A stretch of DNA of 64,000 nt from the IMG/VR virus record IMGVR_UViG_2778261087_000003; one strand, 5' to 3'. The position numbers and the translations under genes are program-made. This document shows positions 19,748 through 28,580 of the stretch, piece by piece. Within the stretch, counting starts at the first letter, position 1. Each line of letters starts with the position of its first letter. The notes under the pieces are model-generated. The model saw nothing but the letters and a program-made list of their open reading frames with translations. It did not search any database and was not told the DNA's origin. The DNA is from a virus (Duplodnaviria; Heunggongvirae; Uroviricota; Caudoviricetes).

Positions 19748-20073
19748 TATTGACCTCCGGTATTGCGGTACTGCTGTACCACTTCCAGTTTGTTATAAAG
19801 CGCGTCCAGTTTGGCCTCGATGACTGTCTGGCCACGGATATAATCCTCGCGACGGACATAATTCAGCGGTAAATCCGCTTTAAATCGCATAAATTCTTTT
19901 TCCAGCTCGCCCCAGTTGGATGCGGACTGTTGCAGGGCCTGTTCAAGAGAGGCGAATCGTGCCGCCTGGCGTTCTTCTGTTTTACTGAACAACCATTTGG
20001 CGAGCCCTCCCACAAACCCCATGAAGGTGAGCAAAAAACTCACCACCGTCCAGAATTCAACCTGCAGTGTCAT
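19747..20073 (-). CDS. Small membrane protein (late operon)
   Basis: 108 aa with one N-terminal hydrophobic helix. Confidence 0.45.
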   Translation of the reverse strand: MTLQVEFWTVVSFLLTFMGFVGGLAKWLFSKTEERQAARFASLEQALQQSASNWGELEKEFMRFKADLPLNYVRREDYIRGQTVIEAKLDALYNKLEVVQQYRNTGGQ

Positions 20074-20723
20074 TTCTGTAATCCTTCCCGTTCATCCAGT
20101 AGCGCGTTTATCTGGTTCCGCCAGCGACGACATTGCCCTGCGTTGTCGATGATGTTGGCGAGAACGTCACGCTGGGAGACGCCTGAGTCGCGTAGCCAGG
20201 CGTCAGCGGTTTCAGGTTGCCCGGTCGCTGCGCCAGTGCCGGTGCCAGTGGCGGCAGTTGCGTCTGAATGACCGGTGTCGACGGATGCGTTGTCATATCC
20301 GAGTGCGGCGTTGTACTGGCGCACGAAACCGCGAGTAAACACGCACTCAATGGGATGGCTCTTACCTTTTTCATCAATCCAGCGCTGTGTGACATCGTTA
20401 ATTTGCCCCTGTAGTTGTTTATTCCGGCTCTCCAGTTGAGCAATCTGCTCAAGGTAACTGGCTTCAGCCTGCTGCCCGGCGGCCACCTGCTCCTGATACC
20501 GTTTTGCCCAGGCCCGCAACGCAGCATTCTCAAGCGTTGCCTGCTCCGTTTTGTATTTGTCGAATGCTGACTGCAACTCACTGATCGCCTTATCGCCGTC
20601 GCGCGTGGCGTTTTCATGCCCGCTTTTGTAGCCCAGGTAATAAAGTCCAATCAGAAAAGCATTTATGAGCACAGCCAGCAGCAGACTGCGCCACGGCAGA
20701 TTTTTTAGCAGGTTAGTCCACAC
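20070..20723 (-). CDS. i-spanin (Rz-like)
   Basis: 217 aa, N-terminal TM helix (WRSLLLAVLINAFLIGLYYLGY) then coiled coil; follows endolysin. Confidence 0.6.
   Translation of the reverse strand: MWTNLLKNLPWRSLLLAVLINAFLIGLYYLGYKSGHENATRDGDKAISELQSAFDKYKTEQATLENAALRAWAKRYQEQVAAGQQAEASYLEQIAQLESRNKQLQGQINDVTQRWIDEKGKSHPIECVFTRGFVRQYNAALGYDNASVDTGHSDATAATGTGTGAATGQPETADAWLRDSGVSQRDVLANIIDNAGQCRRWRNQINALLDEREGLQK
20108..20374 (-). CDS. o-spanin (Rz1-like lipoprotein) embedded in +1 frame of i-spanin gene
   Basis: MKKVRAIPLSACLLAVSCAS... lipobox followed by Pro-rich sequence, entirely inside 20070-20723. Confidence 0.55.
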   Translation of the reverse strand: MKKVRAIPLSACLLAVSCASTTPHSDMTTHPSTPVIQTQLPPLAPALAQRPGNLKPLTPGYATQASPSVTFSPTSSTTQGNVVAGGTR

Positions 20724-21447
20724 AGCTGCCGCCCCCCCATGTCAGATAACGGGGGGCCAGTTCGTGCAGGATGCGCTGCGGATAATGGCGGTTCTCCCGC
20801 CAGCTGGCAGTGCTGCGTCCGGCATTCACCGTGGCGACATGACCAAACCAGCGGGTGCTGTCCAGCCCTTTTTGTGATGCAAGCCGCCTGTCCCGCTGTA
20901 CCCAGCCCAGACCACCGTTATAGCCCGACAGTGTCATGGCCATACGCTCGCAGTCACTGGCGGCGCTGACGCGCTGCCACAGCCAGCGGTCATAGCTGAC
21001 CAGCGCCCGGATGGCCCATGCCGGATTAAATGGCTCACGGCTGTTAAGCCCCGGCATCAACTGACTTATCCAGTCGGCGGTGGCGGGCATGAACTGCGCT
21101 AGTCCCTGAGCGCCAACCGGCGAGATCGCATCAGGTCGCCAGCCGCTTTCCTGATGCAGTTGCGCAGCGAAATCAGCCACCGGCGCAGACAGTCCCCATT
21201 CAAGCCGGGCATTACGGATCACATCATCGCGATACTGCAGCGCTGCCTGCGGAGGCTGCGCTGCGCGGGCCTGACTGAAGAAGCCGCCACACCAGAGCAA
21301 CATTGCGACAAAGAATACCCGTGCCATATGAACCAGAAAGGTCCCGGCGCGGACTGACAGGCGTTCGGTTCTGATGAAGACCCGAAAGGCTTCGAAAGCC
21401 AGTTTCAGGGACATGCATACAATCCAGGTGATCTGCGGCCAGTTCAT
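20713..21447 (-). CDS. Endolysin, SLT-family lytic transglycosylase with N-terminal hydrophobic anchor
   Basis: ...EWGLSAPVADFAAQLHQESGWRPDAISPVGAQGLAQFMPATA... SLT catalytic motif. Confidence 0.8.
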   Translation of the reverse strand: MNWPQITWIVCMSLKLAFEAFRVFIRTERLSVRAGTFLVHMARVFFVAMLLWCGGFFSQARAAQPPQAALQYRDDVIRNARLEWGLSAPVADFAAQLHQESGWRPDAISPVGAQGLAQFMPATADWISQLMPGLNSREPFNPAWAIRALVSYDRWLWQRVSAASDCERMAMTLSGYNGGLGWVQRDRRLASQKGLDSTRWFGHVATVNAGRSTASWRENRHYPQRILHELAPRYLTWGGGSCVD

Positions 21448-21449
21448 GA

Positions 21450-21800
21450 TTAAAGCCCCATCGCAACAGCCAGACAGACCGCTGCAACAATCAGTGCACG
21501 GCGGATTAACGCAGCAGAAAACACCAGGTGAAGGCCGGTCTGTACCGGGAAACGCCCATCAGCCATCAGTCTGTCGTCATGTTTCAGGTACTGACCGGGA
21601 CGGGCTTTGGGGAAGAGCGAACGGTCAAGCCAGTAACCCAGCACTGCTGCCAGCGTGATGAGTGCCAGCTTGTAGATCACAACAGGCAACTGCTGTGGCG
21701 AGACCAGAGCGATGGTGCCCAGCAACAGCACTGAGGTCAGCAGCCAGCCGCTGAGGCGAGGTTTTTTAACAGGGGGAATGAATTTTTTCAGGTTTTTCAT
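21450..21800 (-). CDS. Putative holin (start set at internal ATG with strong RBS)
   Basis: AAGGAGA RBS before ATG at 21800; three predicted hydrophobic helices; first gene of late arm. Confidence 0.5.
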   Translation of the reverse strand: MKNLKKFIPPVKKPRLSGWLLTSVLLLGTIALVSPQQLPVVIYKLALITLAAVLGYWLDRSLFPKARPGQYLKHDDRLMADGRFPVQTGLHLVFSAALIRRALIVAAVCLAVAMGL

Positions 21801-21930
21801 GTGTGTCTCCTTGTCTGGTGGAGACAGCATCACAAATACAGGGCGCGAAGGATTTTAAAGCGCGTTAAGAGAGCCGGGGATACGGGATGTGCAGGATAAA
21901 CGATGAATTATTCACAGAGGAGAATACGAT

Positions 21931-22674
21931 ATGACGCAGACACTGAATCCGGTCATCACTGTCACTGTGTCCGGTCCTGTGGGCAGCGGTAAAAGTTACG
22001 TACTGGCGCGGATAGAAGAGATGGTGAAACAGGAACTCGGAAACAGCGTCATTGTCGATGCTGCTGACGTGGAGAATGAGCGCCGTATGAGTGGCGATGA
22101 TCTGACGACCTGGCAGAAGCCACGGGGTGGCACAGTGATCAGGCTGGAGGAATACACGGGACAGGGCCTGTTGTCATACGGCGAGGAGCGTATCTGTCGG
22201 ACGAATGAGCTGCTGGATGTTATATGCCCCACGGGCCGGCAACCCTGGATACTGCCCGATGCACTGCATGCCACCATTGCGGCACTGATGACAGTTTACG
22301 ATCAGGAACTGCTCATGAAGGAGTTACGTAAACTCACCGGTCAGCCAACAGAATGTTTTTCGGCCCCGAAGTACGGGAAGCAGGAACACCTCCCGGTGAA
22401 CACAATCCCCGTTAACCAGCCTCCCCGGTTCTTCGACGAATACATTCTGACACCGGAAAATAAAGCTGAGCACGAAGAGATCAAAGCGGCGTTGTTCCGG
22501 GAAATCAGGAAGATTGCTGAAATGCAACTGGGGGGCGGGCTGGACAGAGTGATAGCGAGAGGAGAATGGGAGTCGCTGTTTGAAAGAGTTTCCCCGGAAT
22601 TACTGCCCCTCGCACTGGCTATCGGGATTATGCAGACAGCAGATAAACCTCACTTACGTTCATCAAACACGTAG
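21931..22674 (+). CDS. P-loop NTPase of unknown function (cargo)
   Basis: 247 aa, Walker A GPVGSGKS near N-terminus and candidate Walker B VIVDAADV; C-terminal 150 aa unassigned. Confidence 0.55.
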   Translation: MTQTLNPVITVTVSGPVGSGKSYVLARIEEMVKQELGNSVIVDAADVENERRMSGDDLTTWQKPRGGTVIRLEEYTGQGLLSYGEERICRTNELLDVICPTGRQPWILPDALHATIAALMTVYDQELLMKELRKLTGQPTECFSAPKYGKQEHLPVNTIPVNQPPRFFDEYILTPENKAEHEEIKAALFREIRKIAEMQLGGGLDRVIARGEWESLFERVSPELLPLALAIGIMQTADKPHLRSSNT

Positions 22675-22727
22675 CGCAGAATATTTTGCCGGTGAGTACA
22701 TAAAAATCATCATTTAAGGAGTGCATC

Positions 22728-22943
22728 ATGAATCCCCGATTAACGTTAACAGAACATCAGCGCCGTGCTGAAGCAGTGAACAATGTTCTGGAAGATATTA
22801 TCCGGTTATACCGCGGAGAACTGAGTGTCTGTCGTGCCGCTTTTCATTTTCAGGGAATACAAAAGCAGTTTGATACTTCTGTTTTTGCAGAAGGTATTAC
22901 TTATGCCCTGGACCGGATAAGGTCAGAAAATCGCCCCGGATAA
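22728..22943 (+). CDS. Hypothetical small protein
   Basis: 71 aa ORF between NTPase and Dam genes. Confidence 0.35.
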   Translation: MNPRLTLTEHQRRAEAVNNVLEDIIRLYRGELSVCRAAFHFQGIQKQFDTSVFAEGITYALDRIRSENRPG

Positions 22944-22997
22944 TCCCTAAACCACATTAACAGAAATCCCGCCATCCCTGCCGCATCATGAAAGAAC

Positions 22998-23029
22998 GAC
23001 CAGCCCGGCACCCGAAAGCCGGGCTGGTC
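22998..23029 (+). other. Perfect 12-bp stem-loop (GACCAGCCCGGC-8 nt-GCCGGGCTGGTC)
   Basis: Seen directly; intergenic between 71-aa ORF and Dam; no U-tract after it. Confidence 0.4.
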
Positions 23030-23133
23030 ATCGCCCCACAGGAATGCGCTGTGAGCCGACCAAGGTTCAGTCAGTCTCGCGAGACCTGACCAGACTGCCA
23101 TATTTTTTAATAATTGTAAAAGGCTTACAGATT

Positions 23134-23898
23134 ATGAAAATGCAGACATTACCCATCGTGCCGTGGATTGGTGGCAAACGTCGCCTTGCAAAACACATTC
23201 TGCCGCTGTTTCCGGCGCATGAATGTTATGTGGAGCCGTTTTGTGGGGCAGCAGCGCTCTATTTTCTTAAGACACCTGGTAAGCTCGAAGTCATTAACGA
23301 TATCAATGGTGAACTGGTGAATCTGTACCGGGTGGTAAAGCATCACCTGGAAGAATTTGTCCGCCAGTTCAAATGGGCGCTGGTCAGCCGTCAGATCTAC
23401 AAATGGCTGCAGATCACCCCGGAAGAAACACTGACGGATATCCAGCGTGCAGCACGGTTCTACTACCTTCAGAAGCAGGCGTTTGGCGGCAAGGTGGCAG
23501 AGCACAGCTTCGGTACCTCCACCACATCCCCGCCACGCTTCAACTTGCTGCGTATTGAAGAAGAACTGTCAGCGGCACACCTGCGACTTTCCAGAACAGT
23601 CATAGAACACATGGACTGGCAACAGTGCATTGAGCGTTATGACCGCCCGCACACGCTGTTCTACTGCGACCCGCCGTATCTGGGTACGGAAGGCTATGGT
23701 GTGGATTTTCCTGAAGGGAACTACTCGCGGCTGGCAGAGCTGGCCCGGTGCATCAGAGGAAAAATGATAATTTCGGTGAACGACATCCCGCAGATGCGCG
23801 AGGTGTTCACTGGACTGAACATACAGACAGTGAATATCAACTACAGTCTGGCGGGCAAATCAACGCCGCGCCGTGAGCTGGTGATTTGCAATTTTTAA
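23134..23898 (+). CDS. dam: DNA adenine methyltransferase, Dam family
   Basis: ...PWIGGKRRLAKHILPLFP..., EPFCGAAA (SAM motif), YCDPPYLG (DPPY catalytic motif); start set at MKMQTLPIVPW. Confidence 0.85.
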   Translation: MKMQTLPIVPWIGGKRRLAKHILPLFPAHECYVEPFCGAAALYFLKTPGKLEVINDINGELVNLYRVVKHHLEEFVRQFKWALVSRQIYKWLQITPEETLTDIQRAARFYYLQKQAFGGKVAEHSFGTSTTSPPRFNLLRIEEELSAAHLRLSRTVIEHMDWQQCIERYDRPHTLFYCDPPYLGTEGYGVDFPEGNYSRLAELARCIRGKMIISVNDIPQMREVFTGLNIQTVNINYSLAGKSTPRRELVICNF

Positions 23899-23911
23899 AA
23901 GAGGTAGTTAA

Positions 23912-23936
23912 AGGTGGTGCATCTGCAGCACCACCT
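23912..23936. terminator. Bidirectional rho-independent terminator
   Basis: AGGTGGTGC-ATCTGCA-GCACCACCT hairpin between convergent Dam and lipoprotein genes. Confidence 0.5.
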
Positions 23937-23942
23937 AAACAT

Positions 23943-24470
23943 TTAATCCAGCCTTGGACAAGTCCAATAATCATTATCTGGATCAGGTGAATAAACCTTC
24001 AAACAACCCGCTCGCGGGGGCTTATCATCATCTGTCATCGGAACATTTTCTTTATCCAGTTTCACAGTCAAGTCTCCACCGGGAACATCCGTTTTATCAA
24101 AAAAAACAGCCTGACATGCTGATTTAGGTATTTTCACTTCATGGGCATTATTGGATATGAACAAATAACAATTATTGCCAGAAGCTATGTAGTCACTTGG
24201 AATGTTATTTTCGTCTTTAATATGAAACTGCACAGTTGTCACCGGGCGTTCGCTATCCTTGGATACTTCAATTTTTTCAAAACTGCCCGCGTACTTATCT
24301 AGGCCGGGGAGTTGTTGGCGAATAAATTGTAATTCACGATTTACAACAGGATTATCTGTTTCAACGCTAAAAACATCGTGCTCCTTAGTTGTGGTGGACA
24401 TATCAGCTGGGGCAGTATTATCTCCACAGCCAGATAAAACAAATATCAACGGTATAAATAATTTACGCAT
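23943..24470 (-). CDS. Lipoprotein (cargo/moron), visibly AT-rich
   Basis: MRKLFIPLIFVLSGC lipobox signal; RBS AAGGA before this ATG; downstream of repressor on same strand. Confidence 0.7.
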   Translation of the reverse strand: MRKLFIPLIFVLSGCGDNTAPADMSTTTKEHDVFSVETDNPVVNRELQFIRQQLPGLDKYAGSFEKIEVSKDSERPVTTVQFHIKDENNIPSDYIASGNNCYLFISNNAHEVKIPKSACQAVFFDKTDVPGGDLTVKLDKENVPMTDDDKPPRAGCLKVYSPDPDNDYWTCPRLD

Positions 24471-24511
24471 CGTCATGTCCTTATACATTTAGTGTTCTTA
24501 ATAGGAACAGA

Positions 24512-24922
24512 TTAACCCGTATTTTTTAATCTCTCGAACTCAGCGGACAGCTCCTTAAGCTGTTTTTCCATATTAATCATTCGCTGTTTTTCTTCAGCGC
24601 CTCGCAGTAACTCTTTCCGCACTTCTGGATCCAGTTGGTTGAGCAACTCTAATAACTTCAGGTCAGATTGGCTGAAATGCTGCTCTTGATTAGTCAACTG
24701 TACTTTCTCTACTCCCACAGTTTCCCCTTTACCAGTAAGTAGCCAATCTATCGATATGTTCAAATGAGCACTCAATGCAACAAGAGCTTCTGCATTAGGC
24801 TCTCGCTCTCCACGTAGATAATTTTGAAGTGAGCGATATGGAATTTTCGATAAATCAGATAATGCCTTGATTGTCAGACCTTTAGCAACCATCGCTTCGC
24901 GCAATCTCTCTTTTATACTCAT
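24512..24922 (-). CDS. Phage repressor (c-like), HTH XRE-type with coiled-coil C-terminus; start uncertain
   Basis: MSIKERLREAMVAKGLTIKALSDLSKIPYRSLQNYLRGEREPNAEALVALSAHLNISIDWLLTGKG; divergent from early operon. Confidence 0.7.
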   Translation of the reverse strand: MSIKERLREAMVAKGLTIKALSDLSKIPYRSLQNYLRGEREPNAEALVALSAHLNISIDWLLTGKGETVGVEKVQLTNQEQHFSQSDLKLLELLNQLDPEVRKELLRGAEEKQRMINMEKQLKELSAEFERLKNTG

Positions 24923-24938
24923 TTGAACACATCTCAAT

Positions 24939-24966
24939 TTGACACACTCATTCGGGTGTGTACAAT
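24939..24966 (+). promoter_or_regulatory. Early promoter (TTGACA-16 bp-TACAAT) with operator-like palindrome ACACAC-N8-GTGTGT in the spacer
   Basis: Seen directly, 40 bp upstream of the ner-like start, between divergent repressor and early genes. Confidence 0.45.
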
Positions 24967-25010
24967 AGACCCAATAGAGTACATCATAACCCAACAGGAA
25001 CACGGTGCAT

Positions 25011-25235
25011 ATGAACAAACAACAAGTTCGAGCACGACTGGTTGAACGAGGCAGTAGCCTGCGCCAGTTTGCGCTTAACGCGGGCTATGAGCCACGAACT
25101 GTTACCCAGGCTGTTAGCCGCTGGGCAGGCAAAAGTGAACTTCCACGCGGTCGTTTGACTTATCGGATTTTGCGAGACCTTTCTGTTGCAATAGGTAAGG
25201 AAGTTACCCCCGGTATCCTCAAGGAGGCGTCATGA
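25011..25235 (+). CDS. Ner-like DNA-binding protein
   Basis: 74 aa, first early gene, ...RARLVERGSSLRQFALNAGYEPRTVTQAVSR... resembles Ner/HTH_35 pattern. Confidence 0.5.
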   Translation: MNKQQVRARLVERGSSLRQFALNAGYEPRTVTQAVSRWAGKSELPRGRLTYRILRDLSVAIGKEVTPGILKEAS

Positions 25236-25540
25236 GTAAACCAAATACATCAAGCTCAGGTACTCGTATTTTGCGTGTTCTTAAGGCCTTACGTGGTCAC
25301 ACTCTGAATGGTGTTTCTAATGGTGAATTGGCATTAGCTCTTGGTGAGTCCCCGGCGAATATCAATCGGGCACTAAATACCCTTATCGAAGAGGGACTAG
25401 CCCTAAAACTGGAGAACGGACGTTTTGCGCCAGGCATCCAGTTACTGCAGATCGCCATGGCTCACAGTAACGAGATGGCGCGAGCACAGGATCGTATTAA
25501 CGAAATCAATCAGCGAGTTATATCAGGTAGCTACCTGTAA
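25232..25540 (+). CDS. Winged-helix transcriptional regulator
   Basis: 102 aa, TRILRVLKALRGHTLNGVSNGELALALGESPANINRALNTLIEEGLA. Confidence 0.45.
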   Translation: MSKPNTSSSGTRILRVLKALRGHTLNGVSNGELALALGESPANINRALNTLIEEGLALKLENGRFAPGIQLLQIAMAHSNEMARAQDRINEINQRVISGSYL

Positions 25541-25550
25541 GGAGTGATTA

Positions 25551-26468
25551 ATGGGACGCACCAAATCACCGGTTAACACTGAACTGAACGCCGAGGTACC
25601 GCTGTCGGATGATCTCAACGTCAGCCTGAATGCCATGACACAGCATCGTATGGAGATCATGCAGCAGTTCGGCGACGGCCTGCCCTATGAACGTGAACGC
25701 ATCGTTCACGAGGCTCGATTTTATATGGACCAGAGTGCGGAGGCTATGCTGGAGGCAGGTAAGCGTTTGGTTATCCTGAAAGAAAATGAACCTCATGGAG
25801 AATACGTACAAATCGTCAAAGAACAGTTGAACCTTGAACCACGCATAGCCCAAAAAATGGCCCAAGCTGCTCTGAAGTTTTTATCTCCAGAACTGACATC
25901 AAAAGCGAAAACGTTTTCGCATTTGGGAAGATCAAAACTGTACGAATTGATGTTAGAGGATGACGAAGATCTTGCTGAACTGGCCGACGGCGGCACAGTC
26001 GCCGGCCTGACGCTTGACGACGTTGATCGCATGTCAGTACGTGAATTGCGTCAGGCCCTGCGCGAAGCGCGCGAAACCAACGCAGCACAACAGCGCGTAC
26101 TCGCCGACAAAAATGAAAAAATCGACTCACTTTCCACCAGACTGGAGAAGAAATCCCGTATTCAGCCACCCGAGCCTGATGAAGAGGTGAAGAAGCTGCG
26201 GGCGGAAGTGACGGCATTAGCGGTTGAGGCGGAATCTGCCATCGCCGTCCGGCTGTCCGGTGCCTTTGAAACCCTGTGTGAATACTGCAGTAAAAACATG
26301 ATTGATACCCCCAGAAATTTCATGGCTGGTCTGGTCTGCCAGATTGAACGCAGTGTTCATGCATTGCGTGAGACGTTTGACCTTGATGCCGCACCATCGG
26401 GTAACGATGTCCCCGCCTGGCTGACCGAACCGGAGCCTGAAATCAACCGACCGGAGGGCATGCGTTAA
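25551..26468 (+). CDS. Hypothetical early protein
   Basis: 305 aa, acidic, coiled-coil rich; upstream of transposase. Confidence 0.45.
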   Translation: MGRTKSPVNTELNAEVPLSDDLNVSLNAMTQHRMEIMQQFGDGLPYERERIVHEARFYMDQSAEAMLEAGKRLVILKENEPHGEYVQIVKEQLNLEPRIAQKMAQAALKFLSPELTSKAKTFSHLGRSKLYELMLEDDEDLAELADGGTVAGLTLDDVDRMSVRELRQALREARETNAAQQRVLADKNEKIDSLSTRLEKKSRIQPPEPDEEVKKLRAEVTALAVEAESAIAVRLSGAFETLCEYCSKNMIDTPRNFMAGLVCQIERSVHALRETFDLDAAPSGNDVPAWLTEPEPEINRPEGMR

Positions 26469-26785
26469 TGAACACGAATAACACACAAAATATCCTGATG
26501 GACAGCCCGGAGGCACTGGGGCACGCACTGTGTAATCTGCTGCCGGAGATGGTGCAGGGTTTCCGCGTGGTGACCCCTTCCGGTGAAATCTGCGTACCCG
26601 CACAGGAGACGCACCCGTTTGTACTGACGATGGAGGTGATGCTGATGCAGCAGATAAGACGTCTGCAGAATCAGTCAGCATTACGCCCGGTAGTTGCACC
26701 GCAACCGGTAAATACCGTGGTGAAAACCTGCGATGGCGAAACACTGTGCGACCTCGCCAGAAAAATTGCCGCCAGAATCGGATAA
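26468..26785 (+). CDS. Hypothetical early protein
   Basis: 105 aa ORF start-coupled to upstream gene. Confidence 0.4.
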   Translation: MNTNNTQNILMDSPEALGHALCNLLPEMVQGFRVVTPSGEICVPAQETHPFVLTMEVMLMQQIRRLQNQSALRPVVAPQPVNTVVKTCDGETLCDLARKIAARIG

Positions 26786-26800
26786 CAGGGAAGACAAGCT

Positions 26801-28570
26801 ATGACCCCGGCACTGACTGAAAAACTGGTTGAAACAGCCCGCGCGGCACGTGACGCGGGGCATGGTAAACGCGGTGCAATATACGACGCTGCCTGTGCTG
26901 AACTTGGCATGTCCCGCGCCACTCTGCTGCGCAGGCTGAAGGAGGTCTCTGTGACTGATAAACGCAAAAAACGCGCCGATGCCGGGCGCAGCGCCCTGAC
27001 CCGCGACGAAGCCGCGCTGATATCTGCCACACTGCGTGAGGCCACCCGCAAGAACGGTAAGCGTCTCTATTCCATCGCAGATGCAGTGGAAACCCTGCGG
27101 GCTAACGGCTTTATCACCGCAGGCAGAACAGATGAAACCACCGGTGAGTTTTTCCCGTTGTCTGAAGATGCCATCAGCCGTGCTCTGCGTAACTATGGCC
27201 TGCACCCGGAACAACTGGATGCCCCTGCACCACATACCGAAGTGGCCAGTCTGCATCCCAATCATGTCTGGCAGATTGACGCCTCACTCTGCACGCTTTA
27301 CTACCTGAGCAATGGACATAAAGGGCTGCAGGTGATGGACAGCGCGAAGTTCTACAAGAACAAGCCCGCTAACCTTGCCCGTATCGCCAGTGACCGCGTG
27401 TGGAGTTACGAGATTACCGACCATGCCAGCGGCTGGATTTACGTTGAGTATGTGACGGGCGCGGAATCAGGTGAGAACCTGTGTTCTGTGCTTATCAACG
27501 CCATGCAGGAGCGTGGCGGCGCAGACGTGCTGCACGGCGTGCCGAAAATACTCTATCTCGACCCCGGCTCGGCAAACACCGCGGGTATGACGAAAAACAT
27601 GTGCCGCTCACTGGGCATCGACCTGATAGCGCACAAGCCGCATAACGCCCGCGCCACCGGACAGGTGGAAAAGGCGCGTGACATTATCGAACGCAAGCTG
27701 GAGCCGGGTCTGAAGTTCCGGCCGGTTCACAGCCTGGAAGAACTCAACGCGCTGGCCGCGAAATGGCGCAGCCACTTTAACGCCACGGCTGTTCACAGCC
27801 GCCACGGTAAAACCCGCACGGATATCTGGCTGAAGATTACTGCTGAGCAGCTGAAAAAAGCGCCTTCCGTTGAGGTATGTCGTGAACTGGCTGTGGCGGC
27901 ACCAGAACTCCGCAAAGTCACGCCAAAACTTCGTGTCTCGTTCCGGGGCACTGAATTTGACGTATCAACGGTACCGGGCGTACTGGTTGGTGAAAAACTG
28001 ATGATTACCCGTAACCCATGGCGCAGCGATGTGGCACAGGTGGTTCTGACCGGTGAGGACGGCCACGAGACGTTCTTCCTGGTCGAAGAGGTCAGAAAGA
28101 ACGAGTTTGGCTTTGCTGAAGGCGCGGCGGTATTTGGCGAAAGTTACAAAGCCCTGCCGGAAACCCCGGCACAGACGGCGGCAAAAGAAACTGAAGCGCT
28201 GGTTACCGGTACAGACAACGCCGCAGATGCAGCCGCCGCACGCAAGGCGAAGGCGCTGCCGTTCGGCGGGCGGCTTGACCCGTATAAACATATCGACGAC
28301 ACCACACTTCCGGCCTATATGCCGAAGCGTGGTCAGGCCTCTGACGTACGCGGGCCGCGCACTGAACAACGTCCCATGACTCATGTGGAGGCCGCGAAAG
28401 CCCTGCGCGATAAGTTCAGCGCCGACGGCCTTACCTGGACGCCGGAACATTACCGCCAGTTAACGGCACAGTACCCGGACGGCGTACCGGAAGCCGCACT
28501 GGATGAAGTCATGGCCACGCTGACCACACCGGCCAGCAGCAGTGTTATCAGCATTGTTAACGGCAACTGA
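26801..28570 (+). CDS. DDE transposase (Mu A-like)
   Basis: 589 aa; N-terminal HTH; catalytic residues in WQIDAS, YLDPGS and GQVEKA. Confidence 0.85.
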   Translation: MTPALTEKLVETARAARDAGHGKRGAIYDAACAELGMSRATLLRRLKEVSVTDKRKKRADAGRSALTRDEAALISATLREATRKNGKRLYSIADAVETLRANGFITAGRTDETTGEFFPLSEDAISRALRNYGLHPEQLDAPAPHTEVASLHPNHVWQIDASLCTLYYLSNGHKGLQVMDSAKFYKNKPANLARIASDRVWSYEITDHASGWIYVEYVTGAESGENLCSVLINAMQERGGADVLHGVPKILYLDPGSANTAGMTKNMCRSLGIDLIAHKPHNARATGQVEKARDIIERKLEPGLKFRPVHSLEELNALAAKWRSHFNATAVHSRHGKTRTDIWLKITAEQLKKAPSVEVCRELAVAAPELRKVTPKLRVSFRGTEFDVSTVPGVLVGEKLMITRNPWRSDVAQVVLTGEDGHETFFLVEEVRKNEFGFAEGAAVFGESYKALPETPAQTAAKETEALVTGTDNAADAAAARKAKALPFGGRLDPYKHIDDTTLPAYMPKRGQASDVRGPRTEQRPMTHVEAAKALRDKFSADGLTWTPEHYRQLTAQYPDGVPEAALDEVMATLTTPASSSVISIVNGN

Positions 28571-28580
28571 GGAGGGAAAC

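Noticed and set aside
21834-25010. Idea that the element follows the standard colinear Mu layout
   Set aside because: Early and late genes are on opposite strands reading away from each other, so a single Mu-ordered genome cannot be fitted.
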